From positions 1 through 40,029 of the forward strand of contig JBIKQS010000001.1 in NCBI GenBank assembly GCA_044349575.1: a DNA stretch of 40,029 nucleotides. The letters run 5' to 3'. The DNA is from Crocinitomicaceae bacterium. GTDB taxonomy: Bacteria > Bacteroidota > Bacteroidia > Flavobacteriales_D > Crocinitomicaceae. A program made the position numbers and the translations under genes. The notes below the pieces were generated by a model. It did no database searches and was not told the DNA's origin. It saw only the letters and a program-made list of their open reading frames with translations. Shown here one piece after another: positions 19,366-29,458 of this stretch. The stretch's first letter is position 1. Each line of letters begins with the position of its first letter.

Positions 19366-21266
19366 TTAACCTCTACCCAATCTCCGTGATCTTTAATAAG
19401 GTCAATTAAGGCTTGTACTGCCTCATCTTCAGCCACATTTTTCCGGACAACTGTTTTCTCTTTGTACAGATTGATTTTTCCAGGGCCTGTACCAACATAT
19501 CCATAATCGGCATCAGCCATTTCACCCGGCCCATTGACTATACAGCCCATGATTCCAATTTTAATTCCTTTCAAATGAGACGTTCGCTCACGAATTTTTG
19601 CTGTAGTTTCTTGCAAATCGAATAAGGTTCTTCCACACGATGGACAAGAAATGTACTCTGTTTTCGAAATACGCGTTCGAGTGGCTTGTAAAATGCCAAA
19701 GGCCGTGGAATTGATTAAAGTTGCAGGTTGATTTCCCTTGAGCCACAATCCATCTCCAAAACCGTCGATAAACAGAGATCCGCAATCGCTTGAAACATAT
19801 AATTGAAAAGTTTCACTGTCAGTCGAATGATTTTCCACCTTAAGTATTACAGGGATATCCAATTGTCGGTTTAACAATTCAACATATACTTTTCTGAATA
19901 GCTGCGTTTTATTTGTATAATTCGTTTTTAGAACAAGTACCAAATTTGGAAACTCATTCAAATTGCTCGGCAAGGACTCCGAACATTCAACTTCTAAAAA
20001 CGCTCGTTGATCTTTATTTATGTGACTCAGATTTTTTGTTTCCACTAGCGGGTAATACCCAAATTTAGTTTCATAATTAGCTTTCCAATTGGAATAATCA
20101 ACAAGCACGCCTAAGGTACCTGGAACTTCAAAATCAAGTGTGTTTTGGCCGATGTAAACATAATCAGCGGCTAAATCTTGTAAATTCCACTTGTCTAATT
20201 GAATGGAATAATTATACCCAAAGCCATAAAAATTAGCAGCTGTAATTTGTTGTTTATCAGAAAAATCTGCCACTACAATTGGCACATGTTTTCCACCAAT
20301 ATTATGAATTTCTTTTGTTGCTCTTCGAGTGTAGCCAAAAGGGTCATAGGGTAATTCAGTAATTTTCTCTTGAATTTCGAAATTATTTAAAGTGGTGAAC
20401 TTTTCAGCCAATTTACGCGCAACCGGTATTTCAAATTCAGGTTCCTCTGTTAATGAAACACGAATGGTATCCCCAATACCATCTTCCAATAAGGCTCCAA
20501 TTCCAACAGCGGATTTAATTCTACCATCTTCACCATCTCCCGCTTCTGTCACACCCAAATGCAGTGGATAACAACGTCCATTTTTTAACATTTCAGCAAC
20601 TAATAAACGATATGCTTGCACCATGACTAGGGTGTTGCTTGCCTTCATCGAAATAGCTAAATTAAAGTAATCGTTCTTCTCGCAAACACGAATGAATTCA
20701 AATGCAGATTCAACCATTCCTTCTGGTGTATCTCCGTAGCGACTTAAAATGCGATCTGACAGTGATCCATGATTAGTACCAATACGCATGGCCGTATTAT
20801 ATTCTTTACAGAGCTCAACTAATGGAGTAAATTTATCTTCAATTCGTTTTAATTCAGCCTGATAACTTTCATCTGTGTAATCAATTTCTTCAAATTTCTT
20901 TTTATCTGCATAATTACCCGGATTTACCCGTACTTTCTCAACCAACTTAGCAGCTATTTCCGCAGCGTTTGGGGTAAAATGAATGTCAGCAACTAAAGGT
21001 GTTGAATAGCCTTTTTGTAGTAATTCTTCTCGTATTTTACCTAAATTTTCTGCTTCATTTTTACTGGGGGCGGTTAGTCTTACCAATTCACAGCCTGCTT
21101 CAATCATACGAATGGATTGTTCAACAGATTTTTCTGTATCCATTGTATCAGTTGTGGTCATGGATTGCAGGCGAATGGGATTTGAGGCTCCCATTTTGAG
21201 GTCTCCAATAGAAACTTCAATGGTTTCTAAACGTTTCCTAGTAAAAAAGTCTATACAGTATTTCAT
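19362..21266 (-). CDS. ispG: 4-hydroxy-3-methylbut-2-enyl diphosphate synthase, long form with insert domain
   Basis: 634 aa. N-terminal TIM-barrel motifs (VRVNPGN, GTNHGS) and C-terminal 4Fe-4S domain (SCPSCGRT ... GCIVNGPGE). Confidence 0.95.
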   Translation of the reverse strand: MKYCIDFFTRKRLETIEVSIGDLKMGASNPIRLQSMTTTDTMDTEKSVEQSIRMIEAGCELVRLTAPSKNEAENLGKIREELLQKGYSTPLVADIHFTPNAAEIAAKLVEKVRVNPGNYADKKKFEEIDYTDESYQAELKRIEDKFTPLVELCKEYNTAMRIGTNHGSLSDRILSRYGDTPEGMVESAFEFIRVCEKNDYFNLAISMKASNTLVMVQAYRLLVAEMLKNGRCYPLHLGVTEAGDGEDGRIKSAVGIGALLEDGIGDTIRVSLTEEPEFEIPVARKLAEKFTTLNNFEIQEKITELPYDPFGYTRRATKEIHNIGGKHVPIVVADFSDKQQITAANFYGFGYNYSIQLDKWNLQDLAADYVYIGQNTLDFEVPGTLGVLVDYSNWKANYETKFGYYPLVETKNLSHINKDQRAFLEVECSESLPSNLNEFPNLVLVLKTNYTNKTQLFRKVYVELLNRQLDIPVILKVENHSTDSETFQLYVSSDCGSLFIDGFGDGLWLKGNQPATLINSTAFGILQATRTRISKTEYISCPSCGRTLFDLQETTAKIRERTSHLKGIKIGIMGCIVNGPGEMADADYGYVGTGPGKINLYKEKTVVRKNVAEDEAVQALIDLIKDHGDWVEVN

Positions 21267-21351
21267 CTTTACAAAGCTAACAAAGTATTATTTAGTTTGT
21301 TTCGCTTAATTCAAATAATGAAGAATCCCTTCAAGAAATTTTTTGGTGAAC

Positions 21352-22074
21352 TTATGGAATGAAATCGAGCACACAACGCACAGAATAGCCGTTGCCTTTG
21401 AGATTAAGGGTTCCCGCAAAATTATCGCCCATTTCATCAATTATTGTGGGATAATTATAAGCAAGGCCTATTCGGTATGCATAATCATTCGTTGATTTTT
21501 CGTTCCATGAAGTTGAAGTCCAAAAATTGGTGTATTTTCCTTTGCTTTGACCATCGTACCAATGTGACATAGGAGTTAGATTCACATACCTGCTACCAAC
21601 GGGTTTTGCATTGAATGCATTCGCTACATGTTCCTCGTATTTTTGATTTGTTTCCCACCCAGTTTTGGAGACTATTTTTCGTGGGGTATCCATTACACCC
21701 CCAAGCGAATTGATAAAACCTTTCCATTCAATTGTTGAGGGCACGTGGGAGCCAACGGGAGCCAATCCCCGAGGATCAACAACAGCATACCAATTATACA
21801 GTATGGTTTTTGTATCAATGCCATTCTCATCCTCGTAGTAACACCAAGCAGCAGTTTTATTTGCTGATGCAAACAGCCATTCTTGTTCTGACTGTGCATG
21901 TGTGATTTTCTCACCATTATTAAATTTTTTGACTGCAAGATTGCTCGTCATCCATTGCATTTTATTGATGGTGGTTGTTTTATACACATTGCCGTCTATA
22001 TCCTTTATTGTTTGAGAAAAGGCATGATTCAACAAGAATGTTGAAAATACTAAAAGGATTTTTGTTAACTTCAT
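21352..22074 (-). CDS. FISUMP domain (Fibrobacter succinogenes major paralogous domain) secreted protein
   Basis: 240 aa, signal peptide. DIDGNVYKTTTINKMQWMTSNL, LYNWYAV, APVGSHVPS..EW, FWTST and GYSVRCV match the FISUMP pattern. Confidence 0.8.
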   Translation of the reverse strand: MKLTKILLVFSTFLLNHAFSQTIKDIDGNVYKTTTINKMQWMTSNLAVKKFNNGEKITHAQSEQEWLFASANKTAAWCYYEDENGIDTKTILYNWYAVVDPRGLAPVGSHVPSTIEWKGFINSLGGVMDTPRKIVSKTGWETNQKYEEHVANAFNAKPVGSRYVNLTPMSHWYDGQSKGKYTNFWTSTSWNEKSTNDYAYRIGLAYNYPTIIDEMGDNFAGTLNLKGNGYSVRCVLDFIP

Positions 22075-22106
22075 AATTCAAAGGATAAAGCTATAAAATC
22101 AATTTT

Positions 22107-23681
22107 ATGAAAAAGGTTACTCAATCAGTTTTTTTTGTAGCATCATTCCTTATAAATTCAACGATTTTTGGGCAAATCGAGCAAATTGATGTAAAAGAAT
22201 ATCGATTTTCTATCCACGTTTCTGATGCCAATGATACGATAAACGTTCAAGAATTGGTTAAATTTCTATGGGTTGATAAAACAAAAGTTCCATGTCTGAA
22301 TCTCACTTCATTGAAGAAAAATGGGAAAGGAATGCGTGTGAAACAAATTAAAAAAGACGGAAAAAAAGTTGATTTTATTCATGAAATGGATACGCTTTAT
22401 TTACCGGGATTAAACTTTTCAGAGGCATTATTTGAAATAGAAATTAGTTATTCGGGTATACCAGCTGATGGATTGATCATAGGTAAAAACAAATATGGCA
22501 ATAGGACATTTTTTGGTGATAATTGGCCCACACGAGCTCAAAACTGGATGGCTTGTAACGACCATTTGTCAGATAAGGCAAAAGTATTTTATGCCGTTAC
22601 TGCCCCGTCGCATTATCAAGTTATAGCTAATGGAATTCACCAATCAACAATTGAGCTTTCAAAAACCGAAAAAGTATGGAATTACAACTCTGACATTGAA
22701 CTACCAACCAAAGTAATGGTTATTGGAATAGCAGATTTTTCAGTAAAATGGAATACTGAGAATACTATTTCAAGTTGGGTTTATCCAGAAAATGAGAAGG
22801 GTGGATTTTACGATTTTGATCTTGCGCCATCTATTTTGGAATTTTTCTCGGATTATATTGCTCCTTATCCGTTTTCTACACTTGCCAATGTTCAATCCAC
22901 CACCAGATTTGGAGGAATGGAAAATGCAGGTTGTATTTTCTACGATGAAAAAGCAATCGATGGAACGCGAAGTAGTGAGGCTCTTCTTGCACATGAAATT
23001 GCTCATCAATGGTTTGGAAACTCAGCAACAGAAACGGATTGGCCGCACCTATGGTTGAGCGAAGGATTTGCCACCTATTTAACCTTGATTTATCAGGAAA
23101 AGATAAAGGGAAGGGAATTGTTTATCAATGAATTAGAACAAGATAGAAAACAGATAATTACTTTTTCAAAATCCTATCCAAATCCGGTTATAGATACAAC
23201 GCAAAAAGATTTGATGAAATTATTGAATGCAAATTCGTATCAGAAAGGAAGTTGGGTTTTGCACATGCTGCGAAAAAAGGTGGGGGATGAGGTCTTTCAT
23301 AAAATTTTAAAATCGTACTATTCTACCTTTCAACTATCAAATGCTTCCAGTACTGATTTTGAGCGAATAGCAGAACAAATTTCAGGATTAGAATTAACCA
23401 CTTTTTTCAATCAATGGTTGAGAAGACCAGGTGTTCCACAGCTTTCTATTCGTCCAAAAATTAGGAAAATGCAGCTGGATTTAATGATTTTGCAACTTCA
23501 AAAAAATGAGCTTTTTGAATTTCCTTTAACAGTAAAAGTCAATTTTATTGATGGGTCATCTGTATTTGAGAAGATTCAAATAAGTGAAAATCTTACGCTA
23601 TTTACAAAGACTTATCGGAAAAGAATTATTTCTTTTGTAGTGGACCCGAATGTTGATTTGTTATTCGAAGAATCTAAATAA
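22107..23681 (+). CDS. M1 family metallopeptidase (aminopeptidase N-like)
   Basis: 524 aa, signal peptide. GGMENAG exopeptidase motif, HEIAHQWFGN zinc motif and WLSEGFATY. Confidence 0.9.
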   Translation: MKKVTQSVFFVASFLINSTIFGQIEQIDVKEYRFSIHVSDANDTINVQELVKFLWVDKTKVPCLNLTSLKKNGKGMRVKQIKKDGKKVDFIHEMDTLYLPGLNFSEALFEIEISYSGIPADGLIIGKNKYGNRTFFGDNWPTRAQNWMACNDHLSDKAKVFYAVTAPSHYQVIANGIHQSTIELSKTEKVWNYNSDIELPTKVMVIGIADFSVKWNTENTISSWVYPENEKGGFYDFDLAPSILEFFSDYIAPYPFSTLANVQSTTRFGGMENAGCIFYDEKAIDGTRSSEALLAHEIAHQWFGNSATETDWPHLWLSEGFATYLTLIYQEKIKGRELFINELEQDRKQIITFSKSYPNPVIDTTQKDLMKLLNANSYQKGSWVLHMLRKKVGDEVFHKILKSYYSTFQLSNASSTDFERIAEQISGLELTTFFNQWLRRPGVPQLSIRPKIRKMQLDLMILQLQKNELFEFPLTVKVNFIDGSSVFEKIQISENLTLFTKTYRKRIISFVVDPNVDLLFEESK

Positions 23682-23682
23682 A

Positions 23683-23883
23683 ATGAGTGAATTAAATTAT
23701 ACACATGCATTTGAAGAGCTGCAAACCATTGTAGCTGAAATGGAAAATGGGAAAATATCTGTAGATGATTTGGCCATCAAGGTAAAGCGCGCCTCTGAAT
23801 TGATAAAAATCTGTAAGACCAAGCTTTCGGAAACTGAAGGAGATGTTCAAAAAATATTGAGCGATTTAGACGAAACCGAATAG
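23683..23883 (+). CDS. xseB: Exodeoxyribonuclease VII small subunit
   Basis: 66 aa from the internal Met: MSELNYTHAFEELQTIVAEMENGKISVDDL, typical of XseB. The start lies 1 nt after the stop of the upstream gene. Confidence 0.85.
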   Translation: MSELNYTHAFEELQTIVAEMENGKISVDDLAIKVKRASELIKICKTKLSETEGDVQKILSDLDETE

Positions 23884-23885
23884 TG

Positions 23886-25361
23886 TTATTTCACTAATCG
23901 ATAAATTCTCGAGTTTAGCTGAACAACGTACAGACCACTGGGTAAATTAGAGGTATTCAAAGAAGTTGAATGGGTAAAGGTTGAGCTAAAAAGAATCTGT
24001 CCAAATTGATTCATCAAGGTAACATCACTTTTTTCAGAAGTTCCTGATTTTATTTCTATTACTTCGTTGAATGGATTAGGATAAATGAGCTCATTCGTGA
24101 ATTCATTTTCGTTCGTTATAACAAGTTGACCAAAGTTTACATTTCCATTAATTGCATCAAATGGATTTGGGTGTGCTAATCCTGGATAAATTTTAGCAAA
24201 ATAAATATTTGTACCCCCGTTGTTTGTTGTTATGTTATCTCCCGTATTGCTGTTGAATCCAATTGCTACATATCCACCATCATTTGTAGTAAGTAGTTGA
24301 TTGCATTTATCCAAACCTTCGTTAGATATAACACAATACGTGCCCGGCCCACCATCAAAATAACCATAATACGTATCGCAATAAGCTAAGATATTATCAT
24401 AATCATCCTGATAGGTTAGTGCATCAATTACACGAGTAGCGATAACAGTTTTGTTAATTCCGGGAAGAAACGCCACTTCGTCAATCATGGTGTTTTTAGG
24501 TGTATTCAAGGTATATTGAAAAACTAAATTGCCATCAAAATCATAAGAACCAAAATAATCATCGTGATTTGTATCAGTTACTTTGCGCTTTCCAACGGCA
24601 TAAAACTTATTTAACCCTAAAAAAACATCATTAATTCCGTATTCACCGGCTAAATCACCAATAGTGTCTTGCCAAAGAATATCGCCAAATCGATTCATTT
24701 TCAGTATAAATCCTTTTACCAAGTTCGAATCTGCAATATAGATTTCCCCGCCGACAATAAACGAAGAATCAGCCAGGTTTATGACCGTATTAGCGCGATC
24801 ATTACCAGATGTGCCAAAAGTTTTTGTCCAAAGGGTGTCGCCTGAAAAAGTTGTTTTTACTAAGTAAATATCGCTTCCTAGTCCGCTTACAGATTGAGTT
24901 TCTCCAACTAGTAGGATTGAAGAATCCTTTGTGAGAATGGCGTCATTAATTTTTTCCCAATTTTCGGTTCCATAAGTTTTTTCCCAGAGTTCATTTCCCG
25001 CAGTGTCAATTCGTATCAAGTAAGCATCAAAATTTCCATTTCCACTAAAAGAATTTGAATAACCGGCAATGAAATAACCAAGTGTTGAATCGTACAATAC
25101 TCGTCGTCCAATATCCGACTCATTACCGCCATAATTTCTACTCCATTTGTAATTCCCCAAGCTGTCTAAATGCAATAAAAAAGCATCTGAATTGCCTGTC
25201 CAACTGCTTGAATTACCAGTAATTGTATAAGATGAATCAGCTAGTTGAACAACTCCTTCTCCCCGATCATAGCCATTTCCCGAATACAGTTTGTAGAAGG
25301 ATATTTGTGCAAATCCGTTGAAAGCGAAAACAGTAAAAAGTGATAGGATTAATATGCGCAT
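23886..25361 (-). CDS. Secreted repeat protein with T9SS type A C-terminal sorting domain
   Basis: 491 aa, signal peptide MRILILSLFTVFAFNGFAQ. Repeated G-[ND]-x-x-W-x-[KR]-T-[YF]-G motifs. C-terminal YPNPFNEVIEIK...GLYVVQLNSRIYRLVK. Confidence 0.8.
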   Translation of the reverse strand: MRILILSLFTVFAFNGFAQISFYKLYSGNGYDRGEGVVQLADSSYTITGNSSSWTGNSDAFLLHLDSLGNYKWSRNYGGNESDIGRRVLYDSTLGYFIAGYSNSFSGNGNFDAYLIRIDTAGNELWEKTYGTENWEKINDAILTKDSSILLVGETQSVSGLGSDIYLVKTTFSGDTLWTKTFGTSGNDRANTVINLADSSFIVGGEIYIADSNLVKGFILKMNRFGDILWQDTIGDLAGEYGINDVFLGLNKFYAVGKRKVTDTNHDDYFGSYDFDGNLVFQYTLNTPKNTMIDEVAFLPGINKTVIATRVIDALTYQDDYDNILAYCDTYYGYFDGGPGTYCVISNEGLDKCNQLLTTNDGGYVAIGFNSNTGDNITTNNGGTNIYFAKIYPGLAHPNPFDAINGNVNFGQLVITNENEFTNELIYPNPFNEVIEIKSGTSEKSDVTLMNQFGQILFSSTFTHSTSLNTSNLPSGLYVVQLNSRIYRLVK

Positions 25362-26575
25362 TGTAATCTGAATAAAATGGATTGACCTGTTTTTCCAAAG
25401 AGATTTTCACTTGCTATTCCAAGATTCCAGTTTTTAATTTTTATACTGGAATAGGTTCCAAAACGAAAGCGAGAAAACCCACCATAACTTGCGTTAATAC
25501 CAATGTTTACATTTGTTTTTGCACCAAGTGAAATTCGATAATCAGCTCCCGCAAAAACAAGCGGTGTATAAGCCGATGCTAGAAATAGCCTAACGCCATA
25601 GAATTCTTGTAATTTCCGCGAAGAGTTGGCATCTACAAGCTTTGAAAATTGTAAAAATCCGGGCAGGAAAAATACCGGTTTTGATTGACTTTTTTGTATT
25701 CCGATGGTATCAAGTGCCGAATAATTTGAATCTAAAAAGGAACTTCCATTTAAAACTTGATTAAAGGTCAATCCCGTGAAAGTAATACTTGTATCAGCGG
25801 TATAATTGGTAAGCGGAGCGTTGAAAGAGGCAACTCCAATATTCTTTGCTAAGAATTGATAATACATAGGAGAGGCATTCTTTGTGGGAATAGAAAAACG
25901 TAAATCAGCATCTATACCAACACCCAAACCGGAAAAAAAGCTGGGAGAATTTGAAAATTGAGCACTACCATCGTACGAAAACACAAGTGTATCGATGTTC
26001 GACGATTGATAGATTTCTGCCATTCTTAAATTGGCTGATGTATAATTATTCAATGAATAAAAATTCAAAGAAACACTAGATTTACTTTTTTTATCTAACC
26101 ATCCAAAACCCAATTTTTGATACGTAAGTCCTGAAAATTTTGTACCCGATAAAACGGCTGTGTCACCTAAATAATTCTGATTTCCATAAAACGCAAGTTC
26201 AAACAAATCTTTTGAGTACAGTGCGTTTATAAATGAGAAATAGCCAGCCTTAACAACAAATCCCCAATTGGTTTTTTTGAATAAATTAGTCGTGTAATTT
26301 CTGTATTCGATTTCCGCGTTCAAGTCAGAACCAAAGCGGTTAATTCCTTCATGTAATTTGAGACTCTTTTCCTTAATACCATCCGAAATTTCACCTCCGT
26401 AAAAAAGTTTTTGTGTAAGCGATTTATGCAAGGAGGTTGATTGATAGTCGGCTGTAACACTAAAAATAATTTCGTGCTTTTTGTCTAACAACGTATCGTG
26501 TTGATTGGGCAACCACGACTGGGAGTACGCCACGAAAAATGGAAAGAAGAAAATAAAAAGTGTGATTTTTTTCAT
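25349..26575 (-). CDS. Predicted outer-membrane beta-barrel protein, family not identified
   Basis: 408 aa, signal peptide MKKITLFIFFFPFFVAYSQ. Alternating hydrophobic/polar strands, Gly/Ser/Asn/Tyr-rich, C-terminal aromatic residue (..LQCAY). No PorP/SprF N-terminal motif seen. Confidence 0.6.
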   Translation of the reverse strand: MKKITLFIFFFPFFVAYSQSWLPNQHDTLLDKKHEIIFSVTADYQSTSLHKSLTQKLFYGGEISDGIKEKSLKLHEGINRFGSDLNAEIEYRNYTTNLFKKTNWGFVVKAGYFSFINALYSKDLFELAFYGNQNYLGDTAVLSGTKFSGLTYQKLGFGWLDKKSKSSVSLNFYSLNNYTSANLRMAEIYQSSNIDTLVFSYDGSAQFSNSPSFFSGLGVGIDADLRFSIPTKNASPMYYQFLAKNIGVASFNAPLTNYTADTSITFTGLTFNQVLNGSSFLDSNYSALDTIGIQKSQSKPVFFLPGFLQFSKLVDANSSRKLQEFYGVRLFLASAYTPLVFAGADYRISLGAKTNVNIGINASYGGFSRFRFGTYSSIKIKNWNLGIASENLFGKTGQSILFRLQCAY

Positions 26576-28158
26576 CAGTATACTATCGTTCCGTTCAATT
26601 TAACATTCAGTTTAACCGCAAGAAAAGCTCCAAATGGGATTGTTTGAGATTCGTTCATTCCTGATATTGGATTTGGTGTGTCAAATCGCGCCTCTACGGC
26701 AACAAACTTTATTTTATTGATGTCAGAAACTAATTCACTTGACATGATAAATTCTACTTGTGATTTTTTTTCTTTAAGACCGTTTAATGGATTTATAGAG
26801 CCCATATTGCTCGATGCAATTTGAGTTGAGCCTAAAACGGTGTGCAAAACAAAATTGTTTTCATCCATAAAATACAAAACGGGTTCGCAAGAAACGGGGA
26901 ATGCATTGGTGGCGTTTAAGGTTACAACACCTGAATTAGCATGGATTTTTGTGGGATCTTGGGTGAGATCAAAATTAAACGTGTCACGAAGGGTCAAGCC
27001 ATCCGCTCCAATTTGCAAGGGCATTTGAAAACGAACTTTTGCTTTAATTCTACTTGTTGGAAAAACTTCATCAGCACCTCCTGAAACATTTCCCCATGGG
27101 TTTAATTGAAGTTGATACCCCAATTTGTGTTCAGCACCCAAGTTTTCAAGGTATTGTTCAATATTGCTATTTGCTGAATTGAATTGAATTTCATACAACG
27201 ATGGTTGAAAATTATCCCACGTTCCCACGGCTTGTGCAATGTAAAAATCAGACCCAATATTGGATGAGGTCAACGAAACAGTTGTATTGTTCACATTGGT
27301 GTTTTCAGCCTGAGTAATTTTCCCTTTTAACGAAACCTTCATCCCGTTTTCAATCGTAAACGTCAAGTCAGGACTAGGCAAATCAACTATTCCACCGATA
27401 ATTGAATTTAGTTGAGAGATATTAACCGTGGATGTGTCAGCGATTATCTTACTTCCAAAATACCCTTTGGCGTAATCAATTTTTATTCCTGAAATTTCAC
27501 CTTCAAATTTAAAATCATGTTGCGCTGTAATCGAAACCACCGGTCCGTTAGGGTCTGTTTTAATTGAGATTTTTGATTGTAATCTGTTGTAGTTCAATCC
27601 CGATTCTCCTGTCAAATCAATGTCGTATCCACTCAAATCCAATTCTTCTTGTGATGTTACTGGCTGTGCAATTGTTCCTGCCTCCACAAAATATGTTTGC
27701 TCAAACACAGATCCATTTTTTGTTACTCCCGGCAGTTGAACTGTATAATACACTTTGGTATTTAATGGATTATATACTTTGACATTTATTTTTCCTTCTG
27801 AAACACGGATTTTCTTTAACTGCACATCATCTAAATCCAAGATGTGTTCCTCAATCGAATTAACAAAGTTCGATCCTGGCGGAACATTATTTAACGATAA
27901 AGTGGGGCTGTAAATTTGTGTGATTAAGGTGTCAGGAATCGCCAACAAATCACTTAATCCAATATTTAAAATGGTTCTGGTTAAATCAACGTCTATCGTA
28001 GCTTGGTTGGAAGTTGTTAGCGTTGAATCATTGTATAAATTAGTCAATTTCAGGGTGTCAGAAATAAGCGGTGCCGCCCAATCAGTTTTCCAACTGGTAT
28101 CTTTCTTTTTGCAAGAAAGAATCACCAAAAACAGACTCAATAAAAAGATATATTTCAC
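26575..28158 (-). CDS. Lipoprotein, function unknown
   Basis: 527 aa. Lipoprotein signal MKYIFLLSLFLVILSCKKKD. Hydrophilic, beta-rich composition. 1-nt stop/start overlap with the barrel gene. Confidence 0.7.
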   Translation of the reverse strand: MKYIFLLSLFLVILSCKKKDTSWKTDWAAPLISDTLKLTNLYNDSTLTTSNQATIDVDLTRTILNIGLSDLLAIPDTLITQIYSPTLSLNNVPPGSNFVNSIEEHILDLDDVQLKKIRVSEGKINVKVYNPLNTKVYYTVQLPGVTKNGSVFEQTYFVEAGTIAQPVTSQEELDLSGYDIDLTGESGLNYNRLQSKISIKTDPNGPVVSITAQHDFKFEGEISGIKIDYAKGYFGSKIIADTSTVNISQLNSIIGGIVDLPSPDLTFTIENGMKVSLKGKITQAENTNVNNTTVSLTSSNIGSDFYIAQAVGTWDNFQPSLYEIQFNSANSNIEQYLENLGAEHKLGYQLQLNPWGNVSGGADEVFPTSRIKAKVRFQMPLQIGADGLTLRDTFNFDLTQDPTKIHANSGVVTLNATNAFPVSCEPVLYFMDENNFVLHTVLGSTQIASSNMGSINPLNGLKEKKSQVEFIMSSELVSDINKIKFVAVEARFDTPNPISGMNESQTIPFGAFLAVKLNVKLNGTIVY

Positions 28159-28176
28159 TTTTCTTTTTTTTAATGA

Positions 28177-29385
28177 CTAAACGCGTTCAATTACAGTTGC
28201 ATATCCTTGTCCAACTCCGATACACATTGTTACCAAAGCATATCTTTTTCCTGTTAGTTGAAGTTGACGAGCGGCTGTCAAAAGAATACGAGCTCCTGAC
28301 ATTCCCAGCGGATGACCCAGAGCAATTGCGCCTCCGTTTGGATTTATTCGAGGGTCGTTGTCGGCAATACCCAACGCCCGCGTACACGCAAGTACTTGAG
28401 CGGCAAAGGCCTCATTGAGTTCTAGTACGTCCATGTCTTTTAAGCTCAGCCCTGCTCGATCCAATGCTTTTTGTGAAGCGTAAACAGGACCTATACCCAT
28501 AATTCTAGGTTCAACTCCGGCAACCGCCGAACTAACAATTCGAGCTAAGGGGGTTAACTGATTATTTTTTACGCCTGATTCTGAGGCAATCAACAAGACT
28601 GCTGCCCCGTCATTTAATCCGGAAGCGTTTCCAGCCGTAACTGTTCCATCTTTTTTGAAAGCAGGTTTTAATGCGTTTAGTGTTTCTATAGTAGTTGCTG
28701 CCCTTGCAAACTCATCCGTTGAGAATATAAGTGGATCTTTTTTCTTTTGAGGAATAGAAACCGAAATAATTTCTTCGTCAAAAAATCCATTTTCTTTTGC
28801 TTTAGCTGCCTTTTCTTGCGACCAACATGCGAATTGATCTTGTGCCTCTCGTTCAATTCCGTATTTTTCAACCAGGTTTTCAGCAGTCATTCCCATGCTG
28901 TCTACTCCGTAAATTTCTTCCATTTTTGGGTTGATAAATCTCCAGCCGAATGATGAATCAAACATTTGAGCATCTCTACCAAAGGCAGATGAGGTTTTTG
29001 AAATCACCCAAGGACCACGCGTCATGTGTTCTACACCACCTGCGATGTACAATTCTCCAGCACCGTCTTTTAGGGCTCTTGCTGCATTTACGACAGCTGC
29101 CATGCCAGATGCACAAAGGCGATTTACTGTTTCACCAGCCACTTCAACCGGCAGTCCTGCTAGTAAGCCAGCCATTCTAGCAATATTTCGATTATCTTCT
29201 CCTGCTTGATTGGCACATCCTAAAATAACATCTTCAATTTTAGTTAAATCAAGATTTGGATGCCTTTCAACCAATGCTTTGATTGCATAAGCGGCCAAAT
29301 CATCAGCGCGAACAGGTGCTAGAGACCCTCCAAAAGAACCAATAGGCGTTCTAATTCCATCAACAAGATAAACAGATTCAGACAT
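28177..29385 (-). CDS. Acetyl-CoA C-acyltransferase, PaaJ/PcaF (3-oxoadipyl-CoA thiolase)-like
   Basis: 402 aa. [36 protein letters not shown] (active Cys), GHPLGMSG and CIGVGQG. The N-terminal region closely resembles E. coli PaaJ as I recall it. Confidence 0.92.
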   Translation of the reverse strand: MSESVYLVDGIRTPIGSFGGSLAPVRADDLAAYAIKALVERHPNLDLTKIEDVILGCANQAGEDNRNIARMAGLLAGLPVEVAGETVNRLCASGMAAVVNAARALKDGAGELYIAGGVEHMTRGPWVISKTSSAFGRDAQMFDSSFGWRFINPKMEEIYGVDSMGMTAENLVEKYGIEREAQDQFACWSQEKAAKAKENGFFDEEIISVSIPQKKKDPLIFSTDEFARAATTIETLNALKPAFKKDGTVTAGNASGLNDGAAVLLIASESGVKNNQLTPLARIVSSAVAGVEPRIMGIGPVYASQKALDRAGLSLKDMDVLELNEAFAAQVLACTRALGIADNDPRINPNGGAIALGHPLGMSGARILLTAARQLQLTGKRYALVTMCIGVGQGYATVIERV

Positions 29386-29458
29386 AAAATGTGTTTTCCC
29401 AAAGGTAGGATTTATTCCAGAATATTGGATGTTTGAGGTGCTAAAAGTCGTTACTAGA

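Noticed and set aside
19362-21266. The unusually long IspG (634 aa) as a possible novel fusion.
   Set aside because: The long form with an inserted domain is the known IspG type in several lineages, including Bacteroidota. All catalytic motifs are in their normal places.
21352-22074. A FISUMP-domain protein outside Fibrobacter as a possible transfer event.
   Set aside because: This domain family is common in Bacteroidota, and I noticed nothing compositionally odd by eye.
28071-29209. ORFs of 61-115 aa overlapping the thiolase gene on both strands.
   Set aside because: They coincide with the GC-rich patches, where stop codons are rare. They have no start context or motifs, and the thiolase frame is unambiguous.
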